From assembly GCA_964575225.1 (NCBI GenBank), contig CAZNQW010000004.1, forward strand, positions 1-50,462: a DNA stretch of 50,462 nt. Direction: 5' to 3'. How positions within the stretch are numbered: position 1 is the stretch's first letter; every line of letters starts with the position of its first letter. The notes under the pieces were generated by a model. It saw only the letters and a program-made list of their open reading frames with translations. It was not told the DNA's origin and ran no database searches. The position numbers and the translations under genes are program-made. This document shows, in pieces, positions 42,504 to 50,462 of the stretch. Source of the stretch: an uncultured Anaerolineaceae bacterium. Lineage in GTDB: Bacteria; Chloroflexota; Anaerolineae; JAAYZQ01.

Positions 42504-43721
42504 TCAGGCGCCGTATTTGATCAGGCGGAGGGCATAACCCAGCGCCAAGGGCAGTTCGTCGGTAGCCGGGAATACCCCCAGGCTGCCCCGAGCGCAGGCG
42601 CGCTCGCCATACGAGGTCGCGCCGTCGGGCAAGCAGGTTCGGCTCCACAGCATCGTCGGCACGGGGTGCCAGGAATGGCTTTTCAGCACCGCCGGCGTCG
42701 AGTGGTCGCCGGTGACGATCAGCACATCGGGATTCAGGTCCAGGATGGCCGGGATCACAGCCTCGTCCACGTGTTCGATGACAGCGACTTTGCGATCAAA
42801 GTCGCCATCCTCCCCCGCCGAATCGGTCTTTTTGACGTGAAAGAAGAAATAGTCATAGTCCGACCAATGGGCGCGAAGGGTTTCTACCTCGGCCTCCACA
42901 TCCTCACCTTGCACGGGCAGCACATCCATGCCGACCAACTTGGCCACGCCTCGGTACATAGGGTAGGTGGCAATGGCCCCGGCCCTGAGCCCAAACACAT
43001 CCTGGAATTGGGGCAAGCCGGGATCCTTGGCAATGCCCCGCAGGTTTACCGAATTGGCGGGGGCGTGGCTTTTGAGTATTTCGCGGGCAGCCGCGATCCA
43101 GGCATTGATGAGGGCAGACGTGGGTTCCGATTCTTCATCCAGGGCGAGGGCAGGAAGGGATGGGACGCCCGTCTTTTGGGGATCGGTGTCCTGGATGTTG
43201 GCATGCAGGGTCTGTCCTGCGGTTGGCCGAATCACGAGGACAAAGCGGTATTCCTTTTCAGAGAAGACAAAGACTTCGACCTCTGGAAACTGGATGTCGC
43301 GAAGTAGGGTCACCAGTTGCTGTCCGACCTCGGTGGAGATGCGCCCCGCTCGCCGGTCGGTGATAAGGCCCTGGTCATCCACCGTGCAAAAGTTACCCCG
43401 CGCTGCCACGTCGCCCGGCTGCAGATCAAAGCCGATGCCCAAAGCCGAAAGCACGCCTCGCCCCACTTGATACTTTATCGGGTCGTAGCCGAACAGGGCC
43501 AGGTGGGCAGGACCGCTGCCTGGGGTGACGCCAGGTGCGATGGGAACGGCCAAACCCAACTGGGCCTCGCTCGCCAAGGCATCCAGGTGAGGGGTGTGGG
43601 CCGTTTCCAGCTCGGTCTTGCCGCCTGGCTCGCGCGGCAGCCCGCCCAGGCCATCCATGACCAGGTGGACGATCTTGGTCTCTGCCGCCATATGCAGGCT
43701 TTGTAGTTGTTTAAAATTCAT
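42504..43721 (-). CDS. apgM: Cofactor-independent phosphoglycerate mutase, archaeal type (ApgM family)
   Basis: Matches are KIVHLVMDGLGG, TPHLDALA, FFFHVKKTDSAGEDGD and LIVTGDHSTP. An alternative start is at 43691. Confidence 0.8.
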   Translation of the reverse strand: MNFKQLQSLHMAAETKIVHLVMDGLGGLPREPGGKTELETAHTPHLDALASEAQLGLAVPIAPGVTPGSGPAHLALFGYDPIKYQVGRGVLSALGIGFDLQPGDVAARGNFCTVDDQGLITDRRAGRISTEVGQQLVTLLRDIQFPEVEVFVFSEKEYRFVLVIRPTAGQTLHANIQDTDPQKTGVPSLPALALDEESEPTSALINAWIAAAREILKSHAPANSVNLRGIAKDPGLPQFQDVFGLRAGAIATYPMYRGVAKLVGMDVLPVQGEDVEAEVETLRAHWSDYDYFFFHVKKTDSAGEDGDFDRKVAVIEHVDEAVIPAILDLNPDVLIVTGDHSTPAVLKSHSWHPVPTMLWSRTCLPDGATSYGERACARGSLGVFPATDELPLALGYALRLIKYGA

Positions 43722-43808
43722 CGAGTCTCCTTGTATGCTCGATAAACACCACTCTCAGTCACCGAAGCAAATGAGAGTGATGAAGGACATCGTATGGCCA
43801 GACGAGAA

Positions 43809-44909
43809 TTAGCGGATGGCCTGTTCGGTCTCCCGATCAAAGAGATGGGTGTTGTCCATGTTGACGACGACGTCCATCTCCTTCCCGATCCGCGCCGAAG
43901 TCCGTGGGTCAAAACGGGCGATAAACTGCTTCTGGCCCGACAGCAGATAGACATTGATTTCGTTGCCCATCAGCTCTGTGACGTCGACTGTGGCAGTCAG
44001 GGGTTCGGCCCGGATGCCGGGAGGAGTGAACTCGCGGTCGTGAAAGTCCTCGGGGCGGACGCCAAAGATGACCTGCTTGCCCAGGTAGGGACGAGCGGCC
44101 TGGGCTTTTTCGGGTGACAGCTTGAGGCGGAAGGTGCCGCTGTCGGCGTAGGCATCGCCATCCTGTTCCACCAACGTGGCGTCAAACAAGTTCATAGCGG
44201 GGCTGCCGATAAAGCCCGCCACAAAGACGTTTTCGGGCTTGTCGTACAGATTTTGGGGCGTATCGATCTGCATCATCAGGCCGTCCTTGAGAACGCAGAT
44301 GCGAGAGCCCATCGTCATGGCTTCGGTCTGGTCGTGGGTCACGTAAATAAAGGTGGTTTCGAGGCGTTGATGCAGTTTCGAGATCTCGGCTCGGGTCTGA
44401 ACCCGGAGTTTGGCGTCGAGGTTGGATAGGGGCTCGTCCATGAGAAACACCGCGGGTTCGCGGACGATGGCCCGGCCCAGTGCGACGCGCTGGCGCTGAC
44501 CACCGGAAAGTTGCTTGGGTTTGCGGTCCAGCAGGGTTTCAATGCCCAGAATGCCGGCGGCTTCCTTCACCCGGCGATCGATCTCGGTCTTGGGTGTCTT
44601 GCGCAGTTTGAGGCCAAAGGCCATGTTGTCATAGACCGACATGTGGGGATAGAGGGCATAGCTTTGGAAAACCATCGCGATGTTCCGGTCTTTGGGCGGC
44701 ACATCGTTGACGACGCGGTCGCCAATGGAGATGGTGCCCTCGCTAATCTCTTCCAACCCGGCCAACATGCGCAGGCTCGTGGATTTTCCGCAGCCGGAAG
44801 GACCCACGAATACCAGGAACTCTTTGTCTTCGATAAAGATGTCGAGGTCCTGCACAGCAACCACATCGCCAAATCGTTTCCAGACATGGTCGTAGGTAAT
44901 GCTTGCCAT
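43809..44909 (-). CDS. Sugar ABC transporter ATP-binding protein (MalK/MsmX/UgpC-like), stand-alone
   Basis: Walker A is GPSGCGKST, the signature motif is LSGGQRQRVALGRA and Walker B is FLMDEPLSNLD. A C-terminal regulatory beta-domain is present. The start is at MASITY (44909). Confidence 0.9.
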   Translation of the reverse strand: MASITYDHVWKRFGDVVAVQDLDIFIEDKEFLVFVGPSGCGKSTSLRMLAGLEEISEGTISIGDRVVNDVPPKDRNIAMVFQSYALYPHMSVYDNMAFGLKLRKTPKTEIDRRVKEAAGILGIETLLDRKPKQLSGGQRQRVALGRAIVREPAVFLMDEPLSNLDAKLRVQTRAEISKLHQRLETTFIYVTHDQTEAMTMGSRICVLKDGLMMQIDTPQNLYDKPENVFVAGFIGSPAMNLFDATLVEQDGDAYADSGTFRLKLSPEKAQAARPYLGKQVIFGVRPEDFHDREFTPPGIRAEPLTATVDVTELMGNEINVYLLSGQKQFIARFDPRTSARIGKEMDVVVNMDNTHLFDRETEQAIR

Positions 44910-45435
44910 TATTCGATTCTCCTTGTGCGAATTCATTCGAGACGACAGAGACAGAACTGTTCGGTCGCACCCCCATGGGGTGCGGGCTCATTGCCAAAAC
45001 CGCTCTCTACCATCTCAGGGAATGGTTACATGCTTGGGTGTTGCAGGACGCGGGCTGCAAGAGGGGGCAGTCTCAAGGCTGCATCCGCTGCAGCGAGTGG
45101 TCCCACTCGAATGGTTGGTTCGGTTTTCACCTCCTTGGCGCCGGCCCGGAAAGGCGAAAAGCACACCTTTTCCCCTTTGACCTTCCTCCGGCAATGGCGA
45201 AAAAGGGGAAGAACTGGGCTTATTATACCCCATTTTCCCCTAGATGGCAAACTGGCTGAATGAATGCCTGGCATCGCGCGCCCTGATACCGCAACCCACA
45301 CTTGTCGGACTGGGGCTTTTGGAGTATAATCTGTCCGATCCGGCGGAGAAAGAATGTCAGGGCCTGTACTTGGCAAGCCGGATTTTGCGTGGGGTGAGCC
45401 ACGTCATTCATACGATCATACGGAGGAGAAGGCCC

Positions 45436-46590
45436 ATGGCATCAGTTGGTGTCCGCGTCGTTCCGGTGACTACTAAGGAGGAGCGACTGGCGTTTGCCAA
45501 GTTCCCCTGGCGTCTCTACAAAGACGATCCCTACTGGGTTCCCCCCATTTTCAACGACCGATTGGCCCTGCTCGATCCAGGCAAGCATCCCTTCCACGAG
45601 CATGCCGACGTACAGCTTTTTCTGGCCTTGAGAGGTGAGGAGGTGGTGGGCACCATCAGCGCTCACATCAATCACCGGCATAATGAGATCTATGGCGACA
45701 AGGTGGGCTTTTTCGGCTTTTTTGAGGTCGTCAAGGACTATGCTGTGGCGGAGGCCCTCTTGGAGGCGGCTGCGACCTGGCTCCGCCAGAAAGGGATGGA
45801 AGCCATACGAGGCCCCGAGAGCTTTTCTCAGAATGAAGAGTGTGGCCTTCTCATCGATGGGTACGACGGAACCCCGGTGGTGATGATGACCTATAACCCC
45901 CCGTATTACCAAGAGTTTCTCGAACAGACCGGCCTGGCCAAAGCCCAAGATCTCTACGCCTGGTTGATCCGGACCTCGATTTTTGACTATGATGTACAGC
46001 GCATGCCCCGCAAGTTTGTGAACGTGGCCGACCAAGTTCGCCAACGCAAGGATCTGGTGCTGCGCAAGATCGACATGAAGCAGTTTGACCAGGAGGTCGA
46101 ACGGGCCAAGCATGTGTACAATCTGGCCTGGGAAAAGAATTGGGGCTTTGTGTCGATGACGGATCGCGAGATGGAACATCTGGGTCAGGAACTCAAAATG
46201 GTGCTGGACCCGGATCTGGTGTATTTTGCCGAAATGCACGGCGAGACAGTTGGAGTATCCATTGGTGTGCCCGACATCAATCAGGCACTGCACAAGGCCA
46301 GGCCGCAACCCAACACCTGGAGTCTGCCCCTCACCTTGCTTAAATTCCTGTGGTACCGACGCAAGGTCGACACCTTCCGCTTGATGATCATGGGGGTCGT
46401 TCCCGATTACCGGGCCCTGGGCATCGACTCACTGTTCTATGTGGAGACGGCCCGAGCGGCTTTTGCCAAAGGGTACGAGTTCTGCGAGATGTCCTGGATC
46501 CTGGAATCCAACGACATGATGAACCGGATCATTGAACGGCTGGGGGGCCGAGTCTACAGGACCTATCGTATTTACGAGAAACCCTTGTAA
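45436..46590 (+). CDS. GNAT-fold-like protein of an uncharacterised family
   Basis: 384 aa: FAKFPWRLYKDDPYWVPPIFNDRLALLDP...GFFGFFEV. A GGAGGAG SD sits 7 nt before the ATG at 45436. The part of the ORF-track ORF upstream of this ATG precedes the candidate promoter. Confidence 0.5.
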   Translation: MASVGVRVVPVTTKEERLAFAKFPWRLYKDDPYWVPPIFNDRLALLDPGKHPFHEHADVQLFLALRGEEVVGTISAHINHRHNEIYGDKVGFFGFFEVVKDYAVAEALLEAAATWLRQKGMEAIRGPESFSQNEECGLLIDGYDGTPVVMMTYNPPYYQEFLEQTGLAKAQDLYAWLIRTSIFDYDVQRMPRKFVNVADQVRQRKDLVLRKIDMKQFDQEVERAKHVYNLAWEKNWGFVSMTDREMEHLGQELKMVLDPDLVYFAEMHGETVGVSIGVPDINQALHKARPQPNTWSLPLTLLKFLWYRRKVDTFRLMIMGVVPDYRALGIDSLFYVETARAAFAKGYEFCEMSWILESNDMMNRIIERLGGRVYRTYRIYEKPL

Positions 46591-46739
46591 TCAATGGCCG
46601 TAGATCCTGCCGTGTCTGTGTAAGGGAGTCATCCGTTTGGGCCTCGTCAGAAATTGGCCCGCTGCTCGGAATCTGGTATACTGATCCGTGCCCGTTATCG
46701 GGTTTTCGGACTATTTTTTGCGGGAGCGATTGGCAGACT

Positions 46740-49568
46740 ATGGAGCTAGAGAAACGTGCCTGGTACAGCCTTAGCGCGGATGAGGCGGTTGCTGCAATCA
46801 ACAGCCATTTCGAGCGAGGATTGACCGAAAAAGAGGTCACCAAGCGACAGGAAAAATTCGGACCCAACCAATTGCGCGAGGCGCCGGGACGGAGCTTTTG
46901 GAAGATGCTCCTGGACCAGTTCAACCAGTTTCTGGTCCTAATCCTCATTGTCGCCGCCATTGTTTCGGCCCTCATCGGCTGGAGTCAGTACAGTCGCACG
47001 GGCGAGACGACCGAGTTCATCGACGCCATTGCCATTATGGCCATCGTGATCCTCAATGCCATCCTGGGGGTGGTACAAGAAGGGCGTGCCGAACAGGCGC
47101 TGGCGGCCCTGAAAAAGATGTCGGCGCCCAACGCCCAGGTAATCAGGGATGGGCATACAGTGACCGTGCCGTCGAACGAGCTGGTTCCGGGCGATATTGT
47201 CATCCTGGAGACCGGGAACTATGTGCCGGCGGATGTGCGGTTGGTCGAGAGCGTGAATTTACGCATCGACGAGGCCTCGTTGACCGGGGAATCGGTGCCT
47301 GTGGGCAAGGACGCTCGCGAGGTGTTGGGCGAGGCGACCTCGATTGGTGACCGTCACAACATGGCGTTTATGAGCAGCCTGATCACCTATGGGCGCGGGC
47401 GTGGCCTGGTGGTGGGCACCGGTATGGATACCGAGATCGGCAAGATCGCCGAGATGATCCAATCGTACGAGGAAGAGCCGACACCCCTCCAGATCAAGCT
47501 GGATCAGCTTGGTCGGACCCTGGGAGTGATCACCCTCGTGGTCTGTGGGCTCGTGGGGTTGATCGGCATTGTGCGCGACACGTCCATCGGAATTCTCTTT
47601 AGCCAGGGCGTTGGCGCCTATTTTGGCATTGAAGAGACCGTTCCCACCCTGATCGAGATGTTCATGGTTGCCGTGAGTTTGGCAATCGCGGCTGTGCCCG
47701 AGGGGTTGGCGGCCGTAGTGACCATTGCACTGGCGTTGGGAATGCAAGAGATGGTCCGGCGCCACGCCTTGATCCGCAAGCTCCCGGCGGTGGAGACGCT
47801 GGGTTCGGCGACCGCCATCTGTTCCGACAAGACGGGCACCCTGACCCAAAACGAGATGACGGCCGTGCAGATGTATGTGGACCGGAGCCTGCTGAGCATT
47901 ACCGGCGAAGGCTATCGCCCGAACGGCGAATTCCAGGACAGCGGGCAACCGGCGGGACTGGGTGGCTATCCAGGCATGCGCTTGTTGCTGCGGGCGGGCC
48001 TTTTATGCAACGACGCTCGCCTGGAAGAGATCGAGGATGACGGGAGCTCGACCTGGCGCATTGCCGGTGATCCGACCGAAGGCGCCTTTGTGGTGGCGGC
48101 GGCCAAGGCCGGTTACTGGCGCGATGAATTGAGCAAAGAGTATCCCCGGTTGGCCGAAATCCCCTTTGACTCGGAGCGGAAGCGCATGACCACCTTCCAC
48201 CCCGATCCGCGTTACGGGGGCTATGTGGCCTATATGAAGGGGGCGCCGGATATCGTGCTGGGGTTGTGCCATCAGGTGCTGGAGGATGGCACGATGCGAT
48301 CGTTGACCGAAGAGCGGCGCGCGAATATTTTGCACGAGAACGAATCGCTGGCTGCCAACGCACTGCGCGTTTTGGGGGTTGCCTTTCGTCCCCTGGATGC
48401 CGTGCCGGACAATCCACGACCCGAGACGGAGGAGCAGGGCTTTACGTTCGTGGGCTTGTTGGGGATGATCGATCCGGCCCGCCCCGAAGTCGCACCGGCG
48501 ATCGCGACGGCGCGGCAGGCGGGTATCGAGACGGTGATGATCACTGGCGATTACCTGAACACAGCGGTCGCCATTGGCAAGGAAATCGGCTTGTTGACAG
48601 AGGGCGACAAGTCGCTCACAGGCGCCCAAGTGGACAGCATGGACGAGGATGAGTTTACCTCGTTGGTTGAAGATGTGCGGGTCTATGCTCGGGTTTCGCC
48701 GCAGCACAAGGTCAAGATCGTTGAAGCCCTCAAGACCAGGGGACACGTGGTCGCCATGACAGGCGATGGGGTAAACGATGCGCCAGCGCTCAAGCGGTCA
48801 AATATCGGCGTGGCGATGGGCATCACCGGCACGGACGTCTCGAAAGAGACGGCCGACATGGTGCTCACCGACGACAACTATGCTAGCATCGTTTCGGCCA
48901 TCGAGCAGGGACGGATCATCTATTCGAACATTCGCAAGTTCGTGTACTATCTCCTCTCGTGCAATATGGCCGAGGTGACGATCCTGTTCTTTTCGATGTT
49001 GGTGGGTTGGCCCCTGCCTTTGATACCGATCCAACTGCTGGTGTTAAACCTGCTGACCGATGGCGCGCCGGCCCTGGCGTTGGGAATGGAAAAGGGCGAT
49101 CCAGACATCATGCAGCAAAGACCGCGGGCCGTCCACGAGCCGATTATCAACCGGGAAATGGTGATTGGCATTGTCGTGCAGACTCTGGCCATTTCGATAG
49201 CCGTTCTTACGGCTTTCCAAATCGGCATGAACTCCGGCATGGAACATGGCCGCACGATGGCCTTTGCCACCTTGTCGATCTCGGAGCTGCTCCGGGCCTA
49301 TACCTCGCGCTCTGAACGATATGCGGTGTGGGATATCGGCATCTTTTCCAACAAATGGATGCAGTGGGCGGTGTTGGCGTCGCTGGTGATCTTGCTGGCG
49401 ATCATCTATGTGCCGTTCCTGGATCCGATCTTTGGCACCACCTTCCTGACGGTTCAGGATTGGCTGATCATGCTGCCGTTGATCCTGATTCCCTCCATTG
49501 CCGCCGAGGTGAACAAGTGGGTGCTACGAAAGATCAGTGAACGAGATCTGGTCACGCGCATGAGCTAG
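46740..49568 (+). CDS. P-type cation-transporting ATPase (P2, Ca2+/SERCA-PMCA-like)
   Basis: Matches are LTGES, AAVPEGL, the phosphorylation site [18 protein letters not shown] and the hinge [13 protein letters not shown]. About 10 TM helices. Confidence 0.9.
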   Translation: MELEKRAWYSLSADEAVAAINSHFERGLTEKEVTKRQEKFGPNQLREAPGRSFWKMLLDQFNQFLVLILIVAAIVSALIGWSQYSRTGETTEFIDAIAIMAIVILNAILGVVQEGRAEQALAALKKMSAPNAQVIRDGHTVTVPSNELVPGDIVILETGNYVPADVRLVESVNLRIDEASLTGESVPVGKDAREVLGEATSIGDRHNMAFMSSLITYGRGRGLVVGTGMDTEIGKIAEMIQSYEEEPTPLQIKLDQLGRTLGVITLVVCGLVGLIGIVRDTSIGILFSQGVGAYFGIEETVPTLIEMFMVAVSLAIAAVPEGLAAVVTIALALGMQEMVRRHALIRKLPAVETLGSATAICSDKTGTLTQNEMTAVQMYVDRSLLSITGEGYRPNGEFQDSGQPAGLGGYPGMRLLLRAGLLCNDARLEEIEDDGSSTWRIAGDPTEGAFVVAAAKAGYWRDELSKEYPRLAEIPFDSERKRMTTFHPDPRYGGYVAYMKGAPDIVLGLCHQVLEDGTMRSLTEERRANILHENESLAANALRVLGVAFRPLDAVPDNPRPETEEQGFTFVGLLGMIDPARPEVAPAIATARQAGIETVMITGDYLNTAVAIGKEIGLLTEGDKSLTGAQVDSMDEDEFTSLVEDVRVYARVSPQHKVKIVEALKTRGHVVAMTGDGVNDAPALKRSNIGVAMGITGTDVSKETADMVLTDDNYASIVSAIEQGRIIYSNIRKFVYYLLSCNMAEVTILFFSMLVGWPLPLIPIQLLVLNLLTDGAPALALGMEKGDPDIMQQRPRAVHEPIINREMVIGIVVQTLAISIAVLTAFQIGMNSGMEHGRTMAFATLSISELLRAYTSRSERYAVWDIGIFSNKWMQWAVLASLVILLAIIYVPFLDPIFGTTFLTVQDWLIMLPLILIPSIAAEVNKWVLRKISERDLVTRMS

Positions 49569-49613
49569 CGGCTCAGGGGCTACATGGGAGCCTGTGCGGT
49601 GCAAAGAAGGGGA

Positions 49614-50066
49614 CTAGCTGCGCCCAGCATCCTCCGTTGCCTTTAGGCGACCCACCGCGCGGGCGATGATCTGGTCATGATCAAACGCCAGGGGGGGGAG
49701 ATCGTCCAGGTCGAACCATCTTGCATCTGCAGCATCACTGGCGGCTCTGGGCCGCCAGTTTTGTTTGTCATCGGCAGCTGGCCAGGCCAGATAGGCCACG
49801 CTGATCGTCCACCCACGAGGGTCTCGACCGGGATCGCCAAAGGTGTACAACTGCTCCATGTGGGCAGGCCGTGCTCCGGTCTCTTCCCACAACTCGCGGC
49901 GGGCGGCTGATTCGAGGGGTTCGTGAGGTTCAACAAAGCCGCCGGGCAAAGCCCAAAACCCCTCGAAAGGTGGATGGGCGCGTCGGATGAGCAGAACCTG
50001 GTTCTGCGGCGAAACCAGGATAACATCTACAGTGACCGAAGGGCGCTCGTATCGTGTGTCGGGCAT
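49614..50066 (-). CDS. NUDIX hydrolase
   Basis: The Nudix box is GGFVEPHEPLESAARRELWEETG. Confidence 0.85.
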   Translation of the reverse strand: MPDTRYERPSVTVDVILVSPQNQVLLIRRAHPPFEGFWALPGGFVEPHEPLESAARRELWEETGARPAHMEQLYTFGDPGRDPRGWTISVAYLAWPAADDKQNWRPRAASDAADARWFDLDDLPPLAFDHDQIIARAVGRLKATEDAGRS

Positions 50067-50175
50067 GGGTTATCGACTCCTTTGGCACGACTATAGCCCA
50101 ACGGGCCGGGTTTGTCAAATGGGCCAAGCCCGAGCCAATCGCAGAGGATTTTTGCGCATGGCGGGCAGGAACGGT

Positions 50176-50204
50176 TTGACTTCTCACACCTTTTGATGTA
50201 CACT
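50176..50204 (+). promoter_or_regulatory. Candidate recA promoter (TTGACT-17-TACACT)
   Basis: -35 at 50176-50181 and -10 at 50199-50204. The leader contains gcacag-N9-ctgtgc but no GAAC-N4-GTTC. Confidence 0.5.
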
Positions 50205-50248
50205 AGAAAATGAGCACAGTATCAAAACCTGTGCATTGGAGAGAATGA

Positions 50249-50462
50249 ATGGCAGAAACTGGCAAGACCAAAGCCCTGGAAACAACTCTGGCGACGATCC
50301 AGAAGCGCTACGGGGAAGGTTCCATCATGCGGCTAGGGCAAGCGTCGCATTTAAAGATCGAAGCCATTCCCACGGGGTCGTTGTCGTTGGACCTGGCCCT
50401 GGGAGTGGGCGGGGTGCCGCGGGGGCGCGTGACCGAGATCTATGGGCCGGAGGGCTCGGGCA
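50249..50462 (+). CDS. recA: Recombinase RecA (N-terminal 71 codons; runs off the window end)
   Basis: My own translation gives [31 protein letters not shown]...[32 protein letters not shown]. This is the RecA N-terminus up to the start of Walker A. Confidence 0.9.
   Translation, partial: MAETGKTKALETTLATIQKRYGEGSIMRLGQASHLKIEAIPTGSLSLDLALGVGGVPRGRVTEIYGPEGSG

Noticed and set aside
44951-44966. acagaactgttcggtc resembles a LexA half-box pair.
   Set aside because: The spacing is GAAC-N1-GTTC rather than N4. It is a single copy and is not positioned on a recognisable promoter.
1-50462. A search by eye for CRISPR arrays, tRNA/rRNA genes, integron attC sites, toxin-antitoxin pairs and restriction-modification or other known defence genes.
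   Set aside because: I found no regularly spaced direct repeats, no cloverleaf-capable intergenic segments and no recognisable defence-gene motifs. The only repeat family detected is the 154-bp MITE.

Overview
This is a GC-rich (by eye above 60%) bacterial chromosomal segment with about 47 protein-coding genes. I saw no rRNA, tRNA or CRISPR array. Most genes are housekeeping or envelope functions:
- a membrane-lipid cassette: CDP-alcohol phosphatidyltransferase, HX4D acyltransferase, SDR epimerase and PIG-L deacetylase
- RarA carrying a methyltransferase-like C-terminal extension
- rplS, rnhB, holA, nth, coaE and an ABC-F ATPase
- a LysM-M23 peptidase and an Amidase_3
- a phasin/PhaR pair
- a YfhO plus two GT39 (ArnT/PMT-like) operon
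- ApgM, an MsmX-like ATPase, a P-type cation ATPase, a NUDIX hydrolase and the 5' end of recA

The gene repertoire and the GAAC-N4-GTTC operators suggest a Chloroflexota-like organism. That is a low-confidence inference.

The signals most worth a second look:
1. A six-gene minus-strand operon (18777-21807) sits behind a consensus promoter interlocked with two tandem GAAC-N4-GTTC palindromes. It encodes a Cys-rich protein, a soluble single-motor FtsK-like ATPase and four small unknown proteins. No mobile-element hallmark is present.
2. A 154-bp MITE-like element has two copies that are 153/154 identical. Each copy has its own 10-bp target-site duplication, and both lie in 5' regulatory regions.
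3. A glycoside-hydrolase-like protein and its neighbour share a C-terminal amphipathic helix behind Pro-rich linkers.
4. RarA is fused to a methyltransferase-like domain.
5. An orphan HgdC/BcrA-type activase is translationally coupled to a cupin.

All functional calls come from motif recognition by eye. No database search was run.
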